Position numbers and translations under genes: made by a program. Of a stretch of 64,000 bases of DNA, positions 1 to 12,900 are shown piece after piece. Every line of letters starts with the position of its first letter. Position 1 is the stretch's first letter. The DNA lies in assembly GCF_037042905.1 (NCBI RefSeq), contig NC_087246.1, forward strand, positions 2,296,001 to 2,360,000. The letters are read 5' to 3'. Source of the stretch: Lytechinus pictus. Taxonomy: Eukaryota. A model generated the notes under the pieces. It ran no database searches. It saw only the letters and a program-made list of their open reading frames with translations, and was not told the origin of the DNA.

Positions 1-161
1 ATAATTTTATTGGATTCTGTTCGAACTGATTTTGAGATCGTTACCACAACTGGTATTCATCTCTAAATCTCTGATGGATTTTCCTCAAACCTCCAACAAT
101 ATTTTCTGTTGTGCTTTGTGTTATTTTTACAATAAAATTTTTGTCAGGGTGAACTTCCCCT
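1..161. mobile_element. Right end of a TTAA-flanked MITE (Kolobok-like)
   Basis: Ends TGTCAGGGTGAACTTCCCCT-TTAA, the reverse complement of the left TIR of the element at 29113. Confidence 0.7.
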
Positions 162-179
162 TTAAAGTGTCCACTTTGC

Positions 180-407
180 CCACACGCATCCACTTATTTT
201 AGTTATACCGAGGTTTTTTACCTGACTGCTAAGAAAGCATGAATGCCTGTGAGCAAGCAACCAGGGGACCAATGGCTTAAGGTCCTCTCCGAGGGACTTG
301 GTAATGAGGATAAATGCCTTACCAAAGGGCACTAGCGCACCACTTGGGAATCGAACCCGGGTCACCAAAATTCGAAACCCCCGCTCTACCGACTGAGCTA
401 TCGCGCC
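180..407 (-). mobile_element. tRNA-derived SINE
   Basis: Minus strand begins GGCGCGATAGCTCAGTCGGTAGAGCG (A box), then GGTTCGATTCCC (B box), then a non-tRNA body. Confidence 0.8.
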
Positions 408-892
408 ATGTAGTTCATGTTCCTATGTTGCCAAATCCATTTCTGTCCAAAGCGTCCTCTCCAAAAAATGAATCGATGGAATATGTAATTAAAAGATTTA
501 TCTCCTATAACTAGAGAAATAATTGTGTGACCTTTTGCTTCACAATTTAAATATTATTTTACAGAGCAACCTGCAAAGAAAATGATTGAAATACAAGTTT
601 ACTTTTCTATATATTACCTTTAGCAGGCATTTTAGGGCCAAAATTACTCTCATTTAGTTTAATTTTCCCTTATTTCGAGCCTGCACATTCTATTTTTAGA
701 AATAATCAGGCATTGTTTTGCCAATCAAACCTTATTCAAAAATGAAAAATGAAATTCCCCCAAAGATGTTGAAATTTTTTGGTGACTATTAACCAAAAAT
801 GGGGTGCAAATTCTATCCAAAAATGTTTTCTAGCTCTGAATTAGATATTTTTACACATAGTCATGAATCAATTACGAATGCTTTTGTCTATG

Positions 893-1649
893 CAGTGAAA
901 CCTGTCATAGTGACACCCAAGGGAAACACAAAATGTGGCCTTTATGGACAGGAGGTTGCTATAGACAGATAACAGGTTCTCATAAACACAATCTGCCTTC
1001 AAGGGAATAAGCAGGGGGTTGCTATAGAGAGGTTCTTATAATAAACACAATCTGCCTAAAGGGAATCAGTTTTAGTGGTCACTATAGGCAGGGGGTTGCT
1101 ATAGACAGTTTCTTATACACACAATTGCTTTCAAGGTAATAAGCAGGGGGTTGCTATAGACAGGTTCTTATACAATTGCTTTCAAGGTAATAAGCAGGGG
1201 TTGCAATAGACAGGTTCTTATACACACAATTGCCTTCGAATCAGTTTTAGTGGTCACTATAAGCAGGGGGTTGCTATAGACAGGTTCTTATACACACAAT
1301 CTGCCTTCAAGGGAATAAGCAGGGGGTTGCTAGAGAGAGATTCTTACATACACAATCTGCCTCCAAGGGAATCAGTTTTAGTGGTCACTATAAGCACGGG
1401 TTGCTGTAGACAGGTTCTTATACACACAATTGTCTCTAAGGGAATCAGTTTTAGTGGTCACTATAAGCAGGGGTTGCTATAGATAGGTTCTTATACACAC
1501 AATATGCCTTCAAGGGAATAAGCAGGGGATTGCTATAGACGGGTTCTTACACCCACAATCTGCCTCTATGGGAACTGGCTTTAGTGGACACTCTAGTCAT
1601 CAGGCAGGTGGCTGCTATAGACAGGTGGCCACTAATGCAGGTTTGGCTG
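893..1649. mobile_element. pogo/Tc1-like MITE with internal tandem repeat array
   Basis: Ends CAGTGAAACCTG...GCAGGTTTGGCTG; about 10 imperfect units containing GCAGGGGGTTGCTATAGACAGGTTCTTATACACACAAT. Confidence 0.65.
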
Positions 1650-2562
1650 TTTATACAACAAACTTAGAATGTTGCCCACATCCACTTACTTCTCAAAAAA
1701 AAAAAAAAAGCAAATGTCAGCACATGAAATTACATGACTGAATCTTTATAGAAATAATATGCCTCAAAATTTCAAAGAAATATCATTTCACTTGTTTATA
1801 ACACACACATGCACAAAAGAAAATCAAATGCGACAGTTGGGTTACCTTGATTGTAAAATTACCCATCACTCACTTTCATTCATGTTGGATTGATTTCGGG
1901 CTAGATTTTTTCCTTAATTTTTTTTTCATTAAAAAAACTAATTAAATACCATCTGAATGACACTTATAAATGTTGAATTAAAACATGCCAACCAAGATGA
2001 CTGTAGTCTCAACAAAAAGTCATGTAAAACAGTATTATTATTATACATATACCTACATTTATTTTATTCTTTCATTTTCACACACTGGAATCAATAATTT
2101 TCAAGTATCTAATGTTATATTCATAAGTTATCATTAGTTATTCAATACAGGCAATTCCATTATAGTGCACAGTAGACACAATGCTCATCCACAGTAGCAT
2201 ACAAATACTGAGAGTTGTTTATCACCGTGGGGCGATGTACTTTGAAATGTATCATAACCAAATCAGGAATAAAATGTATACTTTAAAAAGCCTTGTGTGT
2301 ATGGTGCATAGAAAGGGTATATATTTCATCCTAACATGAAAACATATATTTTAGACATTATTTAGGCTAACGAAAGCATGACAAAATACATGATTTGGGT
2401 ACTTTGAAAATCAAAGTAAGATTATTTATGGTACTTTTTTAAAATGCATATATATCTTGTAATTATAATAGCACCTAGTCCCCTCCCCTCCCCTGTAAAC
2501 GTGCATAAAAAGTAAATTCTATGATTTTCATATGTATATATGCTTTAACTTAAAAGTAGTTT

Positions 2563-2660
2563 GTCATCATCATCATCACCATCACTATAACCACCAACAC
2601 CATCATCATCATCATCATCACCACCACCACCATCATCATCATTATCATAATCATCATAAC
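2563..2660. repeat. (CAT/CAC)n microsatellite
   Basis: Direct trinucleotide repeat; explains the spurious poly-His ORF. Confidence 0.9.
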
Positions 2661-2794
2661 ACTTTTTTACTAGAAGGACATTCAAGTGTGTCTAGAAAGA
2701 GGGAGCACAACTCCCCGTCTCCTTGCATATTGTGAAATGTGACATTGATCTTAATTCTAGAACTAGAAAAACCAATTAAAGTTTCTATGGAAAA

Positions 2795-3495
2795 TTCGTC
2801 AGTGATTTTACAAACTGGCTCAAACCTCAGCTGGTCTCCAAAACATGATTTCCAGATAATTGCATTCAAAGTTTCGATGTTTTTCAGAAGCTCATAACTT
2901 TGCGCTTTGAAAGAAACCAGATCAATTATTTATAACAATTTAAAGCATACAGTCTATTCTTTTGTAATATACAAAATTTTGTTTGCAATTCTTATTTATT
3001 CTTTCAATATTTAAAAAGGAAGCGCTTGTATGCATTTCAGGAGCTGCTAATTCTTACCCAAAACAGGGGGTTTGAGCCAGTTCGTAAAATAACGCGCACC
3101 ATGCCCACTGCTGTTTAGCGGCACAAACCACGGTTTGAGCCAGCTTGTAAAATCATTCATGCCATGCGTATGTTTTTTTTAGAGGCACAAACCCTGCGCA
3201 AAGCACATACGCACCGGCATAAGCGCCGCATCTAGGTCGGTCTTTGACCTGTGCGCACCATTCCAGAGACTTTATAGTACACAAAGAATGGTTTGAGCAA
3301 GTTCATAAAATCAAAGGAGGTTGAGCCGGTACGTACAAATATTAAATATGCCCTTTTTTTTAAATAATACAAATTTTTATCTGAAATTTGGCAAATCAAT
3401 AGATTAAATCACAGGCTTTCAGAATATGCAAAAAAATAAATTTCAAAAATTTGGCCGAAATTAGGTTTGCGCCAGTTCGTAAAATCACTGACGAA
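2795..3495. mobile_element. MITE with about 33 bp TIRs
   Basis: TTCGTCAGTGATTTTACAAACTGGCTCAAACCT / AGGTTTGCGCCAGTTCGTAAAATCACTGACGAA; internal copies of GGTTTGAGCCAGTTCGTAAAAT. Confidence 0.75.
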
Positions 3496-3824
3496 ATGTA
3501 CTTTCAGTGGTTTTTGTAAGACATATCTGACAGCAGGTCATTGATTAACTACAGAAATAAAATTCAAATTTCCTTATCTAATAATTAAATTAAATAATAA
3601 AATTTAAATCAATATGAAATGCAAGTAGATTAAGAAAGAATACATGTAATAAACAATGGTGACATGAAAATAAAAAAGAATTACCATTTCACAATAAAGC
3701 ATTCTGATCCCTGAATGGAGACTTTGTGATCATTTTTTTTCTGCAGCTATGATAAGTAATGAAGATGATTATAATTCATTCATTGTCTTTGGCTGTTCTA
3801 TAATTGAAGACTCTGAAAGATCCA

Positions 3825-3960
3825 TCATAAATCACATGTAAGATGGAATCTGTGTTGGGTTGTTATCCATTTCAGATTTGAAGAGTCAATGGGTTCTTCC
3901 AAAGATTTCTCAGAGTAGACCACTTCTCCTGTAGCATCAACGGTTATCACTGTACTAGAC
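3825..3960 (-). CDS. TANGO2: TANGO2 last coding exon
   Basis: RSSTVITVDATGEVVYSE...HLTCDL stop. Confidence 0.92.
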
Positions 3961-6900
3961 CTGACAGATACAATGTGATAATAATACAAAAACACAATAT
4001 TTATCATCAACTCCTTTGTTTTTTCCATGGTTATATTCTGCAAGATATAACAAGTTCTGTCAACAGGAAATTAATCCTCTAAAATGGTATCTTAAAAACC
4101 CAGACCACAATGCAAAAAAAAAAAAAAACATCACCTCATGTTTGACTTTCTTTATATTATCATTACCGGTAAAGTTTTGGGGATGTAACATTTAGGTACA
4201 ACAGATCTATATGCTGTATGTGGTCTACAGTAAATCAAAAAGTAGATCAGATCCACAACAATGCACAATACTACAGATAAGCAAAATTGACTAATGTCAT
4301 AATTATGAGGACAAAATACTGAGTGACATATGATTCCCTACACCCTGCAGAAATAACCCAAAATATAATCATGCACAGAAAGACACAAATATCAGCACAT
4401 CAACATATTTATTTAATATTGACTGGCCTTGAGGGGAACATCAAATATGTCGCCCGCAACAGAATCATATTGGTTCTTTTAAGGGTGACATATTTGATGT
4501 TTCCCGAAAGAAGAGCCAGTCAATATTATTATTACCTAAGGCTGTACAATGTGTAATTCAAGCTACTATTTGGAACAATTTATATGCATGTTTTGATGTT
4601 TGCTTATCACTACTTCTGATTTCAGGTTATTCATGACCTTAGCGAAGTATCCCTTAATAAGCAATTGTGACGTAATTGTTACCTTGCAGTCGCGCATCAT
4701 GCATGGCACGCACATACACTCAACGCGCACAAATCTTGCGCTAGGGATACGTTTGTGTATGCACTGGCCACGCCGCGCATTATCTACATGAATGCGTTGG
4801 TTCATAAACTGGTTCCAGCCAGATTTCTGAAATACTGAAATTAGCGATCGAAATCGGCTCCTACTGCGCAAGCGCACTAAGAGAAATATGGCCAATATTG
4901 CCCTCTATTTTGTACATGATTTCTATGGGAAAAGCCCTGGGAGGGCAACATGGCAAATGTTTACCTCGTTGGTCTCGGATTGAAAGTAGCGAGCGATATA
5001 TGACTTTTATTTATCTCCTAAAATGCTTTGTATAGGTAATAATAAGTAATAGCAACTCAGGCAGTGGAAGAAGGAAGGATTGAGAAACAAAGAAGGGCAG
5101 GCAATATTTTGGCATACCTAGTTCCATAGACTGGTGACCTAACATGTATCATCTGTGGTAGTACAGCTCTCATTTCTTCTAGTGTCATCCCTGGTTTGTG
5201 CACAAACTTTTCACCATTTAATCTAGAAGATAGAATGCATATCATACAAAAGTTTTAATTAATAAATGAGGTCAAAATATCCACATATAAGATCACTACA
5301 CAGACTTGAAGTTCTCCTATAAAAATATTTCGTATGTGATCTAGTACTTTTTACTGCAGAGAAAGGTTAAAAAAAAAAAGACAATATACAGCATTTTCTT
5401 ACAAATAACAAGGCAAAAGCAATTTTGTGTCTTGCCCATTTATGAAAATAACCAGAAATATCGTGATTTGCGAGGGCACGCAACAGAATTGTATCAAAAT
5501 TTCATTGTGAAATGACTGGGATGAAATAACACTTGTCATAAGAGTCTTGCACATAAACTTTAATGTTGACCTCAAAATGAACTTTGACCATACCATGTGA
5601 CCTCCCAATAAAATAGCATGCAGGTCCCCTAAGTACATTTACCATCCAAGTTTGGTTGAAAAGTGATATACGGTTGCGGAATTAGGTGTCATAAGAGAGT
5701 CTTGCATGTAAACTTTAATGTTGACCTGAAAATAACCTTTGACCTTACCATGTGACCTCCGACTGCAGCATAACATGCAGGTCCCCCAAGTCCATCTACC
5801 ATCCAAGTTTGGTTGAAAAGTGACTTACGGTTGTGGAGTTATGTGTCATAAGGTTTGTGACGGACGGACGACATTTGGATCCCTAAGTCTCGCCTTCACC
5901 TCTGGTGGGCGAGACAAAAAGGAACATAAATCAAGACAAAACTGAGCAAAAGAAACAATATTAGACAAAGAAGACAGCATTACTGGACTATTCATCACAT
6001 ATTCGCTGTGCCAAGAATTGCCTCATATACTTGGTTTCAAACAAGCATTTTCATAAATATTTTCAGTGCCATGCAAATACTGTAGAACACTAGTCATAAC
6101 ATTCAACTTACAAAAGAGATCTGTCCAATAATCCATGAAGTTTGTCAAGACGATCATCTGATGACAGGCCATTACAGCTGCTAATGATTTGCTCTAGGTT
6201 CATCTTCAAATGATTTGCCTTTGGCCAAGGTTTGTCAAGTGTAGAATTAGAGACACCATAGATACCTGCAAGCAAAAATACAAATAATGTGTCAACTAAT
6301 GAATTCATACAATCAACAATATCAAAACAATATTGGGTGGCCTTGCGAAGTAATGGCGTCAGGTTATTTTGATGGGGGGAGGACGAATTAATGGTGATGG
6401 CATCTTTTAAATTCTCTTCTCTTTTTTCTCCTCTTTTGGCTAAGTGTTTCATTACTTGAAAAATCATAGTGAGGCTGTTAGGGGCACTATACTTTGTGCT
6501 ATCACTTGGAGTCAATATTTCGGCTTTCTGGGGATAACAGAGGCAGACCTTTAAAATTACTTTAAAAACCCTAAATCTAAATGATTATATTACATTGCCA
6601 GAGATGAAAATTCAATTTTAATTACAAAAGAGGGTCTATATTTACAATATATTGCTTTTTTCGGAAAAACAAGTATAGATAATGCAATGCTCATTCCACA
6701 TGGTGATGATACAGGAGTATTTGTTCCCACTTGGCTGACATATAATTAATAGGAAGCTTTACATTTACCGTCAAAAGTGGAATCTTCTGGTTTCGAGTAA
6801 TCAGCATTATTGCCACTGTGCATGTATAAAGAGGAAAGCGCAGCATTAAGGGAGAGAAATCTAAAGCTCCATAGGAACTGACAGAAAATGGAATAGAGAG

Positions 6901-9900
6901 AGAGAGAGAGAGAAAGGATGCCGAGTCAATCCAGCATATTAAAATAAAGGGGTGAAGAAAAATCATCAGAAAATATAAGGGAAAATGAAATTATGCTAAC
7001 CTGGCTGTAGCTTTTCTGGTGGCTTGCTTGATTTGTTGCTGTAATAAGCTGCATCCCCATTGCTTATAAATGACAAAGTAAGGGAAAAGAAAAAAAACAT
7101 GCAGTCATCAGACTTTCAAAAAAAGAAATCCTCCAAATCAAATAATAATCTGCTTTAAAAAGGCACTTTATACATACAATGGAGCTCTTACAGATGAATT
7201 ATTATCCAAGTCAACAGATTGATCAATTCCATCATTCATTTCCCCCACACAATGTAAGCATATCCTCCACTCCCTGGTAAGTATTCACGCAAGTCTTAAT
7301 TGAAGCACACACAACACTCTAGCGTATCCAGCATCAACTATGACAAAGAAATGTATGGGCCCATGCACGGCATAATAGAGTCACTATTGTCCCCCGACAA
7401 TTCAATTGGGCCCATGAAATGCTTTGTAGGATCTGATGCTGGATACGTGACTACAAAACTGGACAAGGTCTGATTACAAGGCGTTAGTCAGACCGGGGGG
7501 GGGGGGAGGACACTCAAATTATTTTTTTGATGGGGGTGTGCCTCACGAAACTCTGAAATGGGGGTCTAAGGAACTGACCAAAAGGGTAAAGTACGGGGTC
7601 TTGGGAAATATATATATACCGCGATGTGTGAAAAACAGGGTCTACGGAACAGGATCGCAGCACTGTGGGTACATTGCACCACAGCGCTGTGCATGTGCTA
7701 GCCATGCATGGAGCAGCTACTAGTTATGTGTAGGGAATTGCAAAGCTGTACGTGCATCTTTTGCATGCGGTGCTGGCACTTGACAATTTTGGCAGGGCTG
7801 GGGAACTGAGATGTCTCGTAACGGGGGTCTTGCGAGTATCTAGAGAACTGAAAATTATGTCGGAAAAAGGGGTCATCAAAGCGGCACGTCCCCGTACCAC
7901 CAATACATGTGAGTTGCCCCCCCCCCCCCCCCCCCCCGGTCAGACCACTACACCACAACTCTTCCATGACAATGTGGTTCAAATTTACAAATATCCATAT
8001 CCTGGAAACCTTGTAATGAGATACCCGTCAGTTATAGATGGATACACCCCCCCCCTACCCCACATGCACCCTGGTGATAAAACATTGTGGTAATAAAGCA
8101 TTTTGGCTTGTTGATTTTAAATGAATGAATCCATGCCCTAGTCTAGAATACACACCTGATATCCATGGTGAAGAGATTAAATCCATTGTACTCTTCTCCA
8201 TCTTCTGAAATTGTTTCAAGATATTCATCTGTAGTCTGCTTCCCAGTCAAAAAATCTGACACCAGAGCTCCTGTTGAAATAAAAGTTTTATTACTTATAT
8301 AGTTTTGAAAAACATTATAAAATTGACTTTTCAAACAAGTGCACAGACACATAGTGACCAAGAAAGTGTATAGAATTTCCATTTATTTAACTATAGTCTA
8401 GAATAAAAGAGCATGGTTGATTAAATGCCTAGCTCACATGCATAAAGTGCAGTGGCTGGGGATTTTGGGTGTCTAATTGGGCACCTTAGACCACTTGGAC
8501 ATGGCATCATAATAGCCAAGCATCATTATCACATTGATACTTGGGTATTAAAGCTATGCCATAGTAAGTATATGGTGCAAGAAAAGAATTAGTTTTATCT
8601 CTCCTCCAGCACGACATTCACAATACTACTTCTTCAACATAAATACAGTATAAATTCAAATCCTCTTCCTTTCTACTATTCTTCTTTACTTTTAACATTT
8701 TGAACTGAATTCTTCTCCTCCTCTTCCTAATTGAATCATATTTCTTATTCTTCCTCCTTGTCCCATCCTTCCTCATCATCTTCCTCCTCCTCCCCCTTCT
8801 TCTTATTCTTCATTATTAAAATAACCAATATATTCACTTTACCTCTGCCTTTGGCATCATCTCGAATACCGTCAGGATTAAAGATATTCAGGATGACTGC
8901 TACCCTTCCCCTTTTACTAATCCCTAGCCAAGTTCCTCCTTCCTTTCCTGGATTCATGTCAACACCTACAATACAAGAAAAAAAAAAGAATATTGAAACC
9001 AGATTTTCAACATATAGGTAAAGTATCGCGAAGAAAAATTCCTTTTTACAAGACAATGTCATGCCGAAAATGGCTCATTTCTATACTTTGTGCACAAAGC
9101 CAAAGGGAGATAAAGTTCATAAAATGGTCAATATTTTACATTCTAATCGGTCTGCTTAATCAATTTAGGGTTATATTTAGTTGTTAATGTAAATGGTCTG
9201 CAATAATTTTCATTGAAAAAAAACAACGAAAAAAAAATGAAAAAACAAAGAAATACAAAATAAGGAAAAAATTGGCTTCAGCAATTTTTCTTTGTGAAAA
9301 CCTTTATTAAACTAAGATTACAAAGATGACATATATTTAAAAAAAAATGATGAAGATCTGAAGTGATGTTAGGTATTGAATATGCAATTCGTGTTTTTTC
9401 AAGAATAAATTTGCATATTTTATGTTTGCGGATTTTTAAAAAGTTCCATACGTTCCCTCCACTAAAATTGAAAAAAATATATATGGGATAGATTTAATCA
9501 TATCTAATAAATATCTAAAATATGGCTTTATTCCATCTGATTATCAAGCGTATTCAATTTCCAATGGCACTGGATTATTTAGTCTTGGGGAGCGCATCTG
9601 GCAGTCTCACCTGCATTACGCTATTCAATATAGCAGCAGTGCTGACTTTGAAAACTACTATAACATTATTATTCACAAAAATATAATGATACAATGCTAC
9701 GTTTATTGACCCTTAATGACATTTGACCTTGATCATGTGACCTCAGACTTGTCAGTGATACTTGATTACCCCTAGATGTGTTATCCATAAACTTTGAAAG
9801 TAATGACACATTAATTAAAAAATTACCTCCAACATGGCCAAAGTTCATTGACCTTAATGAACTTTGACCTTGGTCATGTGACCTGAAACTCGCACAAGAT

Positions 9901-12900
9901 GTTCAGTGATACTTGATTACTCTTATGTCCAAGTTTTATGAACTAGACCAACACAATTTCAGAGTTATGATGGTAATTCATCAAATACCCCCAAAATGGC
10001 CAAAGTCCATTGACCTAAAATTACCTTTAACCTTGGTCATGTGACCTGAAACTCGCACAGGATGTTCAATAATACTTGATTACTCTAATATCCAAGTTTC
10101 ATGAACTAGATCCATATACTTTTTAAGTTATGCTGTCATTTCAAAAACTTAACCTTGGGTTAAGATTTGATGTTGACGTTGCCACTGCCGTCGGAAAAGC
10201 GGCGCCTTTAGTCTCACTCTGCTATGCAGGTGAGACAAAAAAATGAATCCACACAAAGTCTTAAGGTTATACTAGTATTTTTATCAACAGGCATAAATAT
10301 TCATATCTGAATGGTACGCGCCTCATAACCCAAAGATAACAACAATAGAACTGGGCAATGTGGCATGCGATTGTAATAATAGCTATGTGGGGAAGTTGCG
10401 TCAATAACTTAATAAGTTATAATGCAGATGTTCGCGGTTCAAGCCCTTGTTACGTCTTTCGGATTAAGATGTTAAAGGTTGGTCCGAGATGCAATAATTG
10501 ACACACGTCTGGCAAAAACCCAATAACGCACACACAGAGGAAGAGATGAAAGAAGAATTAACTCATAGAAATAAATATGAATTGACAGAAAAAGATGAAA
10601 GAATCAAAACATAGAAATTTGAAATACATAAGAATTGATAACAAGTGGAGCGCCTCTGGCAGTCTCGCCTGCATTACGCGATTAGATATAGCAGCAATGT
10701 TGACTTTGAAAACAACTGTAGTCATCATAGAATAATCATTCACAAAAACACCATTCGTATGATGACAAAATACTATGTTCATTGACCCTAAATGACATTT
10801 GACCTTGATCATGTGACCGAAGACTTGTGCACGACAATCAGTGATACTTCATTATCCTTATTATGTCCACATTTCATGAACTAGATCCATAAACTTTTAA
10901 AGTTTTAATGGCCCCAACACAGCAAAAGTTCATTGACCTTGGTCATGTGACCTAGAATGTTCACTGATGCTTAAAGGTCAAGTCCACCCCACAATAATGT
11001 TGATTTGAATAAATAGAGAAAAATCAAACTAGCAAAACGCTAAAAAATTCATCAAAAACGATGTAAAATAAGAAAGTTATGACATTTAAAAGTTTCGCTT
11101 ATTTTTAACAAAACAGTTGTATGCACATCACAGTGACATGCAATTGAGACAGTCGATGATGTCCATCACTCACTATTTTTTTTATTGTTTGAATTATGAA
11201 ATATTTCATTTTTTACAGATTTGACAATAAGGACCAACTTGACTAAATCATAGTAACAATGCTAATTCCACATGTTCAGGGAGGAATTAATCTTTGTTTC
11301 ACTTGACAATGAGAAAAAAGAATATTTCATATTTCATATAATGAAATACAAAAGAAATAGTGAGTGGATGACGTCATCAGTCTCCTCATTTTCATGATAA
11401 CCTCCATTTGAGAACACTATACCCCAGTTTCCCTTCTCATCAATTCTCTTCTCCAAGTACGACAAACCCTAACTGCCCCAAGCAAGCAATTTAAGTATCA
11501 AAACACCTGTTTCTTGACCTCGGTCCGAAGATAACGCAACAGCCCGGCATATACAGTCACAGCAGGGGGCCACACACGATGGATTATTTCGAGGTCGATT
11601 TTCTTCGTTCGAAATTGAACATGGACTAACATTGGATTACTGAATACAATATGCCTTTGAAAACGTGATTAAATATCAAATACAATAATTTCATTCCGAA
11701 GGTCCTACTACAGGCAGAGAAGTCTTACGTAATAGCACAGCTGTTGTTTATCTTTTTGTCCTTTGCTCAACGCTCATATACTGGCCTGTGGAGGTGAAGG
11801 GATTACCTGGCCAAGCACGGTTGATAAGGGCTTGGAAATGATTTTTGGGATTTCCAAATGGAAAATGGGGTATAAAACCGCAGTTTGCAATCTGAACTGC
11901 GGTCTTTCTCCAAACGGGGGTTTGACGTAATGTTCATAACGACCAGGATGTGCATATAACTGTTAGTTGTGAAATTAAGCGAAACTTTAAAATGTCATAA
12001 CTTTCTTATTTTACATCCGATTTTTATGAAATTTTCAGTGTTATGCTTGTTGGATTTTTCTCTTTTTATTCATATCAACTAATGGTTGGGGTGGACTTGT
12101 CCTTTAATTACTCTTACTGTATGTCCAAGTTTCATCATGAACTATCCATATATTGATATATACTCTCAGAGTTATGACATTTAAAAAACTTAACCTTGGT
12201 TAAAATTTTGTTTTGATTTTCTGTTTTTGGCTGTGTGAATGCGGTGACAAAGGCAAATTTTTTAGCTCTGTATGCAGTCACCCTACTAAAGGGCACGTAT
12301 TTAAAAAATACATTACCTCACGTGATGTTCGTGCAGGCTCCACTCCACTTCACTACCGCTACACTACACTGCACCTACCCGAACATCAAGGTGGTGAACT
12401 CGCTCTGATACTCCCAGTGACAAAGGTGGGATTTTATGGGGGGGAAATATAAAATCCATGCAACATCACGATCTTTTAAAACAATTAAAACTAATATTCT
12501 TACTTTACACAAAGTTTCACTTATTTTCTATGCTTCTATCAGTCTCAAAATTGGTGATTTAGAATTAGAGGCATAGAGCCAGGAGTTCCTCCCACATATT
12601 GATAATTCGCTACCGATTTCAAAACATCGCATGTGCTGCGAGGGTCTGAGCTCAGACCCTCGTGCATGCGATGTTTTCAAATCAGCAGCGAATTATTTAT
12701 ACGTGTGAGGAACTCCATGTTGGCTCTAAATCACCAATTTTGAGACTGATAGAACTTAGAAGCATGGAAAAGAAGTGAAACTTTGTCAAAATGTCTGTGT
12801 AAAAAAGAATTATGTTTTTAATTAAACTAAAGGTTGTGATGTTGCATGGATTTTGGTAAGAGTTCCATATGCACCCCCCACTAAAATTGAAAATAAAAAC

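Noticed and set aside
330..407. Possible tRNA genes here and at 13900-13988
   Set aside because: A and B boxes are present, but there is no closed cloverleaf and they continue into SINE bodies
950..1620. CRISPR-like repeat array
   Set aside because: Eukaryotic context; units are tandem with no unique spacers
2532..2735. Poly-His ORF
   Set aside because: Translation of a (CAT/CAC)n microsatellite; no splice context
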